From sequence record CM099552.1: a stretch of DNA of 32,000 nt; one strand, given 5' to 3'. Shown here in pieces: positions 16,325-25,437 of this stretch. The number at the start of each line of letters is the position of its first letter. The stretch's first letter is position 1. The notes below the pieces were generated by a model, which saw nothing but the letters and a program-made list of their open reading frames with translations, made no database searches and had not been told where the DNA came from. Made by a program: the position numbers and the translations under genes.

Positions 16325-18325
16325 ATGTATTTATTAATTTTATATTTTTTATTTTCTTCCTTTTTTGTAGCTTTTTTTTTAGGGCGTTTTTTTAGCAGAA
16401 AACATATTGGTTTTTTTACTAGTCTATGTGTTTTTTGTTCTTTACTTGTAAGTCTTTTTACATTTTACGAAGTAGGTTTAAATGGTTCTACTTGTATTAT
16501 TAATTTATTTTCTTGGATTCATTTAGATCTATTAGATTTAAATTTTAATTTTCTTTTTGATAGTTTAACAGTTAGTATGCTTGTTGTTGTTACATTTATT
16601 TCTTTTTTAGTACATATATATTCGATCGAATATATGAGAGAAGATCCACACCAAATACGTTTTTTTTCTTATATTTCAATTTCTACTTTTTTTATGGTTA
16701 TTTTAGTTACAGCAGGTAACTTAGTACAGTTATTTATTGGTTGGGAAGGAGTTGGTATTTGTAGTTACTTATTAATTAATTTTTGGTATAGTAGAGTAGA
16801 CGCTAATAAATCAAGTATTATGGCAATGGTAACAAATAAAGTAGGGGATATCTGTTTATTAGTTGCATTTGCTGTTGTTTTTTATATATATAAGTCGTTT
16901 GATTTTAGTGTTATTTTTTCTTATCATATGGTTAATGCATTTTATTATACTTTAGATGCTGATTTAGTATTTGTTATTTGCTTTCTATTTATATTAGGAG
17001 CAGTAGGTAAATCAGCTCAACTAGGGTTACATGTATGGTTGCCAGAAGCTATGGAAGGACCAACACCAGTATCATCATTAATTCATGCAGCAACAATGGT
17101 AACAGCTGGTATTTTCTTATTAATTCGTTGTTCTTTTTTATTTGATTTAGTACCTTCTATATACTTAATTATTTTATTTTTTGGTTCATTAACAACATTT
17201 TTAGGTTCAAGCATTGGGTTATTTCAGCATGATATTAAAAAAATTATTGCTTATTCTACTTGTAGCCAACTGGGATATATGTTTTTATCATGTGGTTTAC
17301 TTGGTTATACAAATAGTATTTTTCATTTAATTAATCATGCTTTTTTTAAAGCATTATTGTTCTTGTCTGCTGGTCTAATTATTTATTGTTTTTCACATGA
17401 ACAAGATTATAGAAAAATGGGAAGTTTAATTTTTTTTTTTCCATTTGCTTATATTTCAATATTAATAGGTTCTTTGTCTTTAATTGGTTTTCCATTTTTA
17501 TCTGGTTTTTATTCAAAAGAAAAAATAGTACAATTATTTTTTAATTTATTTTATTTACAGTTTGATTCTTATGGATTATTAAATTTATTTTTTTTTTTTT
17601 ATTTTTTTGCTTTTGTATCAATTATATGTACTACATTGTATAGTGTTAAATTATTAACTTTTGTATTTTTTGTAAAATATAATGGTTTTAAATATAATCT
17701 TCATAATATTCAGTACGGTTCTTTTTACATGTTAATGCCATTATTTATATTAATTTATTTTAGTATTTTAAGTGGTTTTTTTACACAAGACATGTTTGTT
17801 GGTATTGGTACTGATTTTTGGCAAAGTTCTCTTTTTGTTTCTTTAGTAGATTTCGAATATTATTTTATTTCAAATGTAGTTGATTTTTTTAATATTGATT
17901 TTTATGTTTTATTTAATTATGAATACCATAAATATTTAAGACAAGTTCCGTTAGTTTGGGTTTTATATTTTTTAATAGTTTTTAGTTTTGTATATTCTTT
18001 TACATCATCAAGATTATATTTATTTGACTTGAAGTATTCAGCTTCTTGGTTATTTAATTTATACACTTTTTTTACACAAAAATGGATTGCTTTTAATAAA
18101 TTAATTTTTTATGTTTTAATTGATTCTTTATTCTCTTTTAGTTTTTTTGTTTATTCTTTTTTAGAAAAAGGTATTTTAGAAAAAGTTGGTCCGTTTGGAA
18201 TTAGCCAAGTCGTTCAAAATTCTGGAAAATCTTATTCTTTATTATTAAAAGGTTTAGTTTATCATTATCTTGGTTTTATTCTTTTAGGACTTTTTTTTAG
18301 TATTCATTTTATTTATTTTGTTTAA
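16325..18325 (+). CDS. nad5: NADH dehydrogenase subunit 5
   Basis: 666-aa polytopic ORF with LFIGWEGVGICSYLLINFWY, NKVGDICLL, GKSAQLGLHVWLPEAMEGPTPVSSLIHAATMVTAGIFLL and AYSTCSQLGYMF. Confidence 0.95.
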   Translation: MYLLILYFLFSSFFVAFFLGRFFSRKHIGFFTSLCVFCSLLVSLFTFYEVGLNGSTCIINLFSWIHLDLLDLNFNFLFDSLTVSMLVVVTFISFLVHIYSIEYMREDPHQIRFFSYISISTFFMVILVTAGNLVQLFIGWEGVGICSYLLINFWYSRVDANKSSIMAMVTNKVGDICLLVAFAVVFYIYKSFDFSVIFSYHMVNAFYYTLDADLVFVICFLFILGAVGKSAQLGLHVWLPEAMEGPTPVSSLIHAATMVTAGIFLLIRCSFLFDLVPSIYLIILFFGSLTTFLGSSIGLFQHDIKKIIAYSTCSQLGYMFLSCGLLGYTNSIFHLINHAFFKALLFLSAGLIIYCFSHEQDYRKMGSLIFFFPFAYISILIGSLSLIGFPFLSGFYSKEKIVQLFFNLFYLQFDSYGLLNLFFFFYFFAFVSIICTTLYSVKLLTFVFFVKYNGFKYNLHNIQYGSFYMLMPLFILIYFSILSGFFTQDMFVGIGTDFWQSSLFVSLVDFEYYFISNVVDFFNIDFYVLFNYEYHKYLRQVPLVWVLYFLIVFSFVYSFTSSRLYLFDLKYSASWLFNLYTFFTQKWIAFNKLIFYVLIDSLFSFSFFVYSFLEKGILEKVGPFGISQVVQNSGKSYSLLLKGLVYHYLGFILLGLFFSIHFIYFV

Positions 18326-18407
18326 TTTCGTTTGTTTGATTTGTATTAATATGAATAGTCTATTTATATTCTAATTTAAATAATAATATTAATTATATTT
18401 TATATAT

Positions 18408-19901
18408 ATGAAATATTTAAATAATATTTTATTTGTTAATTTTGTAAGTAAAGCGTTATATTCTTATTTAATTAAATATCCAACACCAATGAATATTAAT
18501 TATTTATGGAATTTTGGTTTTATGTCTGCTATTTTTTTAGTTATTCAAATAGTAAGTGGTTTGTTTTTAACATTTTTTTTCACTCCGCATGTTGATTTAG
18601 CTTTTTTTAGTGTAGAACATATTATGCGTGATGTTAATTATGGTTGGTTAATTAGATATGTTCATGCAAATGGAGCATCATTTTTTTTTTTTTTAGTTTA
18701 TATTCATATTTTAAAAGGTATTTATTATGGTTCATATTATTTCCCAAGAACATTAGTTTGGTTTACAGGAGTTATTATTTATATTTTAATGATGGGTACA
18801 GCTTTTTTAGGTTATGTATTACCTTGGGGTCAAATGAGTTATTGGGCAGCTACAGTAATTACAAATTTTGTAACTGTTATACCTGTTGTAGGTAAAGATA
18901 TTGTATATTGGGTTTGGGGAGGTTATTCCATTAACAATGCAACATTAAATCGTTTTTTTAGTTCACATTATTTATTACCATTTGTAATTGCTTTATTATC
19001 AGCATATCATATTTATCAATTACATAAATCTGGTAGTTCAAATGAGTTAGGAATTCGTTCTCATTATTTAAATAAAATTTCATCTTATCCTTATTTTTTA
19101 GTTAAAGATTTTTTTGGTTTATTTATTATTTTATTTGTATTTAGTATTTTTGTATTTTTTTTTCCAGAAGCTTTTAATCACTCAGATAATTATATAAAAG
19201 CTAACCCACTTGTAACACCAGCACATATCGTACCAGAATGGTATTTCTTACCTCTATATGGAATTTTAAGATCTATTTTAAATAAAACATATGGTATTAT
19301 TATTATGTTCGTAAGTTTATTAGTTTTATTTATTTTACCTTTTGTAGATAAAAGTTTAATAAAAAATAAAACTTTCAAACCATTTAACCGTACTTTATTT
19401 TGGTTTTTTAGTTTTAATTTTTTATTTTTAGGTTATTTAGGAAGCCAAGCTCCTGTATATCCTTATATTGAATTTGGGGTAATTTGTTCTCATTTTCATT
19501 TATTATATTTTTTTCTATTAATTCCATTATCTGTTTTTTTTGAATCTTCTTTTTTTAATTATTTTTTTTCATCTAATGAAACAAGAGGTAATTTTTCATT
19601 TATTTATTGGTTAGTAGGAGCAGGATTTGTATTTTCTACATTATTTATTTCTTATTATTTAGGAGTTAATAGTGGAGTAAACGGAGTAGTAACTTCTTTA
19701 GTCGATAGTTTATATATTTTAGAACCAGTACATGTAGAATTAGGTTTACGTGATGCTGAAATTGAAAAATATACAACTTTAATAGCAAATGAGTATAGTT
19801 TTATTTCAAATTTTTTTAGCTGCTTATGGCATTTTATAATCACTAAATTTGTTTTATATACATTAGCTATTTTTATATTTGTTCTTATTATTAAGTTATA
19901 A
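18408..19901 (+). CDS. cob: Apocytochrome b with a C-terminal extension of about 110 aa
   Basis: NINYLWNFG, RDVNYGWLIRYVHANGAS, GYVLPWGQMSYWAATVITN and ANPLVTPAHIVPEWYFLPLYGILRS. Homology to cytochrome b ends near residue 385. The ORF then runs another 110 codons (19569-19901). Confidence 0.95.
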   Translation: MKYLNNILFVNFVSKALYSYLIKYPTPMNINYLWNFGFMSAIFLVIQIVSGLFLTFFFTPHVDLAFFSVEHIMRDVNYGWLIRYVHANGASFFFFLVYIHILKGIYYGSYYFPRTLVWFTGVIIYILMMGTAFLGYVLPWGQMSYWAATVITNFVTVIPVVGKDIVYWVWGGYSINNATLNRFFSSHYLLPFVIALLSAYHIYQLHKSGSSNELGIRSHYLNKISSYPYFLVKDFFGLFIILFVFSIFVFFFPEAFNHSDNYIKANPLVTPAHIVPEWYFLPLYGILRSILNKTYGIIIMFVSLLVLFILPFVDKSLIKNKTFKPFNRTLFWFFSFNFLFLGYLGSQAPVYPYIEFGVICSHFHLLYFFLLIPLSVFFESSFFNYFFSSNETRGNFSFIYWLVGAGFVFSTLFISYYLGVNSGVNGVVTSLVDSLYILEPVHVELGLRDAEIEKYTTLIANEYSFISNFFSCLWHFIITKFVLYTLAIFIFVLIIKL

Positions 19902-19973
19902 TAAATTTTCTAATACAAATAGTATTATTTGTATTTCATATTGTAAAGAATATTGGTAACATTTATTTTTATT

Positions 19974-20840
19974 ATGGTAGATCCAAAAAAATTATTAAAA
20001 CAATTAAAATCGTATGAACGTTTTAAATTATTAACAAAAGCAATTCAAATGGTTGCACTGTCACAATCAAGTGGATTGAAGACAAAAATAGCTTCAAGAC
20101 AATATGCATTAAGTTCAATTTTACCTTATTTTGATACAAATTCGTATTCAGATAAAGATTTAAATTATTTAGTTTTATCTATTACAGTAGATAAAAGTTG
20201 TTGTGGACCTCATAATGGTAATATTTTAAAAGCAAGTAAATCTTTAATAGAAGATTTAAAAGAAAAAAATAAAAGTATTAAATTAGCTTCAATAGGTAGA
20301 AAAGCAAAATTTTTTTTCAAAAAATATTATAGAGCATTTCAAGTTTTAAATATTTTTAATTTAGATAAAGAACCTCTATCTTTATTTACAGCACAGGTAT
20401 TAATGGAAAAATTAATGGCTTATTCATTTGATCGTTTTTATGTTATTTTTAATAGATTTTATTCAGCATTTACACAAAAAGTATCCTATTATGATGTATG
20501 TTCTTTTTCATTTTATACAAGTAATATTATTAATAGAGCTAAAGATGGTGATAAAATTTCACATATTTATGCTTCTTTATTAAATTCATTGTCAGGAGAT
20601 AGTAACTTTGCTCCATTATTAGAAGACTTTTATACTTATTCTATTTCACTAATTGCATTAGATGCTTTAGAAGAAAATGAATATAGTGCACCTGGAGCTC
20701 GTGCAACAGCAATGAATAATGCTACAAAAAATGTATCTGAATCAATTGATCGTCTACGTTTATTTCATAATAAAGCTAGACAAGAAACAATTACTAATGA
20801 GTTAATTGAAATTGTTTCATGTGTAAACTTTGTAGGATAA
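19974..20840 (+). CDS. atp3: ATP synthase F1 gamma subunit
   Basis: N-terminal LKQLKSYERFKLLTKAIQMVALSQ (gamma pattern I..RI.SV.NT.KIT.AM.MVA..K). C-terminal LFHNKARQETITNELIEIVSCVN (pattern NKARQA.IT.EL.EI..GA). The track starts at TTG 19953; the first ATG is 19974. Confidence 0.8.
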   Translation: MVDPKKLLKQLKSYERFKLLTKAIQMVALSQSSGLKTKIASRQYALSSILPYFDTNSYSDKDLNYLVLSITVDKSCCGPHNGNILKASKSLIEDLKEKNKSIKLASIGRKAKFFFKKYYRAFQVLNIFNLDKEPLSLFTAQVLMEKLMAYSFDRFYVIFNRFYSAFTQKVSYYDVCSFSFYTSNIINRAKDGDKISHIYASLLNSLSGDSNFAPLLEDFYTYSISLIALDALEENEYSAPGARATAMNNATKNVSESIDRLRLFHNKARQETITNELIEIVSCVNFVG

Positions 20841-20902
20841 TTATCTAATGATGATATCGTTAGATTTAAATTAAATAATAATTTATATTTCTTTAATTTT
20901 TT

Positions 20903-21361
20903 ATGTTAAATTTATTAGTTTTATTTTCTTTTTTTTTAATTAATTTTAATTTTTTTTTATCTCTTCAATCTGAATCAGTTGTTTTATTTTTTAGTTTTTT
21001 TTTTATTTTTTTTTATATTTTATTTCATAAAAAAATTGATTCTTTATTTTTTGTAGAAGAAGAAGAAATTACATTTTTAGAAGAATTAGACTGGAATATT
21101 GTTATTAATTTTTTCTTAAAAGTGAAAAATTGGTATCGTTTTTTTTATCGTTATATTTATTTAAAGTTAAGTAGTTTTTATAAATTTTTATTATTATTAA
21201 AAAAATATATTATCTATTGGTTTTCTTCTATTTTTAATTTATTAGTTTCTCACTTTTATAATTTAAATGTAAATGCAGTAATTAATAGATTAACTGTATT
21301 AGAAAAATATAAAAAAAATAGTAAATATAAAAATAATCCATTTGCTTTTTTAGTATTATAA
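20903..21361 (+). CDS. Unassigned ORF (orf152) with a hydrophobic N-terminus and a charged, basic remainder
   Basis: 152-aa ORF between atp3 and nad6. The N-terminal roughly 45 aa are hydrophobic, followed by an EEEE acidic patch and a K/Y/F-rich region. No motif recognised. The architecture is compatible with an ATP synthase b-like (atp4/ymf39) protein, but that is only a guess. Confidence 0.4.
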   Translation: MLNLLVLFSFFLINFNFFLSLQSESVVLFFSFFFIFFYILFHKKIDSLFFVEEEEITFLEELDWNIVINFFLKVKNWYRFFYRYIYLKLSSFYKFLLLLKKYIIYWFSSIFNLLVSHFYNLNVNAVINRLTVLEKYKKNSKYKNNPFAFLVL

Positions 21362-21412
21362 TAAGTACGTAAACATATACTAATACAATATAAAAAATAA
21401 ATACAATAAACC

Positions 21413-22018
21413 ATGTCATTTTTAATATTTTTCTTTTATTTTTTAGCAATAATTTCTGCCATTTGTATGGTAATTGTAATAAACCCAATAAATGCGGTTC
21501 TATTTTTAATTTCGGTTTTTTTTAATACTTCTATGATTTTTATATTATTAAATGTAGACTTTATGGGTTTATTATTTCTAATGATTTACGTAGGAGCTAT
21601 TGCTGTACTATTTCTATTTATTGTTATGATGTTAAATATCAAAAAAATAGAAAAAGACAATAGTTTCTATTTAACAGTAGGTAGCTTTATTTTATTATTT
21701 TATTTTTTACAATTCTTTTTTATTTTTTTTTATGATAGTTTAGTTTATTTACCTCGTGTTTTTAATATAGACTTGAATTCTTTTTTTTTTTCTAATTTTC
21801 ATTTTTTAGATGAGTCTATGCGATTCATGTTAATTAAGAAAATGGGTTTTTTATTATATTACGAATATTTTTTTTTTTTAATTTTTGCAGCATTAACATT
21901 ATTTGCTGCAATGTTAGGTGCTATATATTTAACTAATGAAAAGCAAGGTTATTCAATGAGACATCAGTACCTACAGTTGTCTCGTAATCATTACATAATT
22001 AATACTATTGTTTATTAA
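21413..22018 (+). CDS. nad6: NADH dehydrogenase subunit 6
   Basis: VINPINAVLFLISVFFNTSMIFILLNVDFMGLLFLMIYVGAIAVLFLFIVMMLN is a typical ND6/NuoJ core. The TAA stop overlaps the rps2 ATG by 1 nt. Confidence 0.9.
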   Translation: MSFLIFFFYFLAIISAICMVIVINPINAVLFLISVFFNTSMIFILLNVDFMGLLFLMIYVGAIAVLFLFIVMMLNIKKIEKDNSFYLTVGSFILLFYFLQFFFIFFYDSLVYLPRVFNIDLNSFFFSNFHFLDESMRFMLIKKMGFLLYYEYFFFLIFAALTLFAAMLGAIYLTNEKQGYSMRHQYLQLSRNHYIINTIVY

Positions 22019-22812
22019 TGCTTTATTCTTTTTTATATAGTTTAGGAGTACATATAGGTAATACTAAGTTTGTATTACAAAGTTATTATAAGCCTTTTTT
22101 ATTAGGTTATAAAAATAATTATTGTATTTATAATATGCAAAAAATTATTTTTTACTTAAAGCGTGTTTTTCATTTGTTTTATTATATGGGAGTTGAAAAG
22201 GCAAAATTTTTATTTTATTTTCATTCTTTTTCTTCGTTTAGTAATATCTTAAAGTTATTTTTTTTTAAACAAATTAACGAAACTCGTAATTTTTTATTTG
22301 ATGAAAAATGGAGTTATGGTCAGTTGTCTAATTTATATACTTCATGTTATATTTTATTTACTGATATATTTAACTTCAAAGAAAATATAAAAAATACAAA
22401 GAATTACTCTCTATATTCAAGGATTTCTTTTTATAATTTTTTTTTTAGTTTATTATTTTATACTTTTCATAAGCGTGTTCCTGGGATGGAATGGGAAACA
22501 CATATAAAAAGAATAGAGAAATATTGGAGATTTTTTTTATTTTTTAAATTTTATAGACATTTAAATAAATTCCCTGATCTTTTTTTGTTTTTTAGTCCAG
22601 TAAATTTTCCAATTCCAGCGATTGAAGCAAAAAATTTAAAAATACCAGTGGTTGGTAATTTAGATATTGATTTTACTTATTTTTCTTATATAACTTATCC
22701 ACTATTTGGTAATTCTCAATCTATTTTTATTTACTTTTTTTATTTTATTTTATTTTTACAGTTTTATAAAAAAGGAAGTGCTAAAGCTTACGGTGTTTAT
22801 AAAATGAATTAG
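22018..22812 (+). CDS. rps2: Ribosomal protein S2 (uS2)
   Basis: LGVHIGNTK (uS2 G.H.GH motif region), YKNNYCIYNMQKIIFYLKRV (rn.i.IIdl.kT pattern) and PDLFLFFSPVNFPIPAIEAKNLKIPVVGNLDID (PD...D.....A..EA..L.IP......D). Confidence 0.8.
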   Translation: MLYSFLYSLGVHIGNTKFVLQSYYKPFLLGYKNNYCIYNMQKIIFYLKRVFHLFYYMGVEKAKFLFYFHSFSSFSNILKLFFFKQINETRNFLFDEKWSYGQLSNLYTSCYILFTDIFNFKENIKNTKNYSLYSRISFYNFFFSLLFYTFHKRVPGMEWETHIKRIEKYWRFFLFFKFYRHLNKFPDLFLFFSPVNFPIPAIEAKNLKIPVVGNLDIDFTYFSYITYPLFGNSQSIFIYFFYFILFLQFYKKGSAKAYGVYKMN

Positions 22813-22883
22813 TTATTTTTTAGCATAAATGGTTTATTTGTGCTCCAATTTAAATAATAATAATATACTTATAATATATATAT

Positions 22884-23216
22884 ATGCCTCAATTAGACGG
22901 ATTAATTATTCAATCACAATTAAATTTCTTTTTATTTTTTTTTATAGGTTATTTTTTTTTTGTAAAATATATTTCACCTTTAATTAGTTTTTTTTTCAAA
23001 TTAAAACATAAATTGATTGTTTCTAATTTAAATTGGTTTAATAATAATTTTAATATGTTAATTTTTTACAGAAAAAATTTTTTATTTTCATTGTTCAAAT
23101 TAGTTAATATGTTTAAAGTAGTAAGTTTTTTTAAAAATAAAACTTTTATTTTTTTTAATTTATATTTGTTTGATTATTTAATGGTAAAAGACGGATTAGA
23201 TAAAAAAAAAAAATAA
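22884..23216 (+). CDS. atp8: ATP synthase F0 subunit 8 (A6L/ymf19-type)
   Basis: Begins with the canonical MPQLD, followed by a single hydrophobic helix and a basic tail. Confidence 0.8.
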   Translation: MPQLDGLIIQSQLNFFLFFFIGYFFFVKYISPLISFFFKLKHKLIVSNLNWFNNNFNMLIFYRKNFLFSLFKLVNMFKVVSFFKNKTFIFFNLYLFDYLMVKDGLDKKKK

Positions 23217-23228
23217 TAAGATTAAATT

Positions 23229-23891
23229 ATGTTTTTTTTTAATAAAAACAGTTTTTATAGAATAGTTTTTTTATTTTTTTTTATCTTTAAAAAAAAAAAA
23301 CTTGGTTATAAAAAAGTGCAATGGAAATTATCTTCTTATTTTCATGTTAATAGAATAAAATATTTTTTTTATTTTTTAAAAAAAATATTTATGTATAAGA
23401 AGTTTTTTTTATTTTTTTTTTTAAAACGTTTATTTTCAAATTTATTTATGCAATTGAAATCTTTTTATTCTTTTTTGACTTTAAAAAAAGAACATTGTAG
23501 TGTAGTTAATTATTCTAGTTTTTTTACAAAAGAAAGTTTTTTTTCCGATTCTTTTTACTTGTTGAAAAATAAAAAGAATGTAAGCTTAGATTTCAATAGT
23601 TTATTTTCTATTTATTATTTAATGTTATTCTCTAAATTATTTTTTTTTATGTTTAAAAGTGCTAATTTATCATATTTTTCATTACCAATAAAAAAAAATA
23701 AATATACTATTTTACGTTCGCCACATATTGATAAAAAATCAAGAGAGCAGTTTGAATTAAAACATTCCTATATTGTGCTAAATGAATTATCTTTATTCTC
23801 ATTTGCAAATAATATGTTTTTATTAAATAGCTTTAAATTTTTTATAAATAATTTTAAATTAGAAGAAAAAACAGATTCCTTAACTTATTAA
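23229..23891 (+). CDS. rps10: Ribosomal protein S10 (uS10) with an N-terminal extension of about 130 aa
   Basis: C-terminal LPIKKNKYTILRSPHIDKKSREQFELKHSYIVL matches the uS10 core (LP.....tvLRSPh..K.SReqfE.r.h.R.i). Confidence 0.8.
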   Translation: MFFFNKNSFYRIVFLFFFIFKKKKLGYKKVQWKLSSYFHVNRIKYFFYFLKKIFMYKKFFLFFFLKRLFSNLFMQLKSFYSFLTLKKEHCSVVNYSSFFTKESFFSDSFYLLKNKKNVSLDFNSLFSIYYLMLFSKLFFFMFKSANLSYFSLPIKKNKYTILRSPHIDKKSREQFELKHSYIVLNELSLFSFANNMFLLNSFKFFINNFKLEEKTDSLTY

Positions 23892-23894
23892 TAA

Positions 23895-24341
23895 ATGAAA
23901 ATACAAGCACTAATTAGATTAAAAATATTGGCAAGTCAAGCTTCTTCTAAAGAACCAGTAGGGCCAACTTTAGGTCAATTTGGTATACCTATAATGGATT
24001 TTTGTAACAAATTTAATGGTCTAACTCAAAAATACTTTAATGACAGTCCGTTAAATGTTGTTATTTATTCATATGGAAGTCAAAAATATGATTTTATAAT
24101 CAAATTTCCAGATTTCAGTTTTTTTATTAAACGTTGTTTCGTTAACTTTGTTTCATTTAAGAAGCCTGGTTATTTTGTTTTTCCAATGGATAAATTATTT
24201 TACGTAACTCCTTATATTGTATACGAGGTTCTTTTATATTATTCGAATACTTACTTAAGTAATGCATCTGTAATGGTAAGAGATTATAAAAAACTAGTGC
24301 ATTCTTTAAAAAGTAACGGCTTTATACTATTTAGTTATTAA
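23895..24341 (+). CDS. rpl11: Ribosomal protein L11 (uL11)
   Basis: IRLKILASQASSKEPVGPTLGQFGIPIMDFCNKFN matches the uL11 N-terminal domain (ikL.i.aG.A.p.PPvGPaLGq.G.n...FcK.FN). Confidence 0.85.
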   Translation: MKIQALIRLKILASQASSKEPVGPTLGQFGIPIMDFCNKFNGLTQKYFNDSPLNVVIYSYGSQKYDFIIKFPDFSFFIKRCFVNFVSFKKPGYFVFPMDKLFYVTPYIVYEVLLYYSNTYLSNASVMVRDYKKLVHSLKSNGFILFSY

Positions 24342-24364
24342 ATTTTAATATATATATATTTCTA

Positions 24365-25171
24365 ATGTTATCTTATAAACCAGTAACACCATCACAACGT
24401 CATTTATGTTTAGTTAATAAAAAACATTTAGAAAGAACTCTTTTTTTAGATAATCTTTTTGTGAAAAAAAATTCAAGCATAGGTAGAGATAATCAAGGGC
24501 ATATTACAGTGTACCATAAAGAAAGAGGACATAAAAAGTTATATAGATTAGTTGATTTTTATTATTTAAAAGATATTCCATATGTAGTAGAAAGTATTGA
24601 ATATGATCCTAATAGATCAGGTTTCATTAATTTAATATACTATAAAAATGGTATATACAGTTTTATACTTGCAACTCATAATACTTTCATTGGTAATGTG
24701 TATATGTGTAATATGAAATTTTTTGATTTTTTAAAAACAGGAAATAGATCTTTGTTTTTTAATTTACCAATAGGTTCTATAGTACACAACGTATCTACAA
24801 ATTTCAATGATAAAGCTAAGTATTTACGTGCAGCAGGAACATTTGGTTTATTATTAAAAAAAGAAAATAATATGGCTTTAGTTAAATTACCTTCAAATAA
24901 AAATAATAACGATGTGTTTTTATATTGTTCATTATTCGGATTTGGTACTTTAGGTAAAACATCAAATTTAATGCATCGTAATGTAAATTTAGGTAAAGCT
25001 GGACGCTCTCGTTGGTTAGGAATTAGACCAACAGTTAGAGGGGTAGCAATGAATCCAGTAGACCATCCCCATGGAGGAGGAGAAGGTAAGAAATCAAAAA
25101 AAGCATCACCTACAAATAAATGGGCTAGTGTTATAAAGCATAGTCGAAAATTAAAAAGAAAAAAAAATTAA
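24365..25171 (+). CDS. rpl2: Ribosomal protein L2 (uL2)
   Basis: AGRSRWLGIRPTVRGVAMNPVDHPHGGGEGK is the diagnostic uL2 C-terminal motif. The TAA stop overlaps the rps19 ATG by 1 nt. Confidence 0.95.
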   Translation: MLSYKPVTPSQRHLCLVNKKHLERTLFLDNLFVKKNSSIGRDNQGHITVYHKERGHKKLYRLVDFYYLKDIPYVVESIEYDPNRSGFINLIYYKNGIYSFILATHNTFIGNVYMCNMKFFDFLKTGNRSLFFNLPIGSIVHNVSTNFNDKAKYLRAAGTFGLLLKKENNMALVKLPSNKNNNDVFLYCSLFGFGTLGKTSNLMHRNVNLGKAGRSRWLGIRPTVRGVAMNPVDHPHGGGEGKKSKKASPTNKWASVIKHSRKLKRKKN

Positions 25172-25437
25172 TGTCTCGTTCTAGCTGGAAAGGTGTATTT
25201 TTTACAAACGAATCTTTTTTATTTAAAAAAAGTAAATTTAAAATGCAAAATAGAAGTAATTTAGTATTACCTATTCATTTTAATAAATTATTTAATATAT
25301 ATAATGGAAAACAATTTATTCCTATCAGATTCAATAAAGAAGGAGTAGTTAACCATAAAGTAGGAGAATTTGCATTTTCAAAAAAAAAATGCGTTAAGGT
25401 AAAAAAAGAGAAAAAAAATTTTAAATTAAAAAAATAA
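25171..25437 (+). CDS. rps19: Ribosomal protein S19 (uS19)
   Basis: MSRSSWKGVFF, IYNGKQFIPIRFNKEGVVNHKVGEFAFSKK, and its position between rpl2 and rps3. Confidence 0.9.
   Translation: MSRSSWKGVFFTNESFLFKKSKFKMQNRSNLVLPIHFNKLFNIYNGKQFIPIRFNKEGVVNHKVGEFAFSKKKCVKVKKEKKNFKLKK

Noticed and set aside
19190-19843. Two 62-aa minus-strand ORFs antisense to cob
   Set aside because: They are antisense chance frames inside cob.
21282-21488. 68-aa minus-strand ORF spanning the orf152/nad6 junction
   Set aside because: It is antisense to nad6 and low in complexity. It is inconsistent with the single-strand gene organisation.
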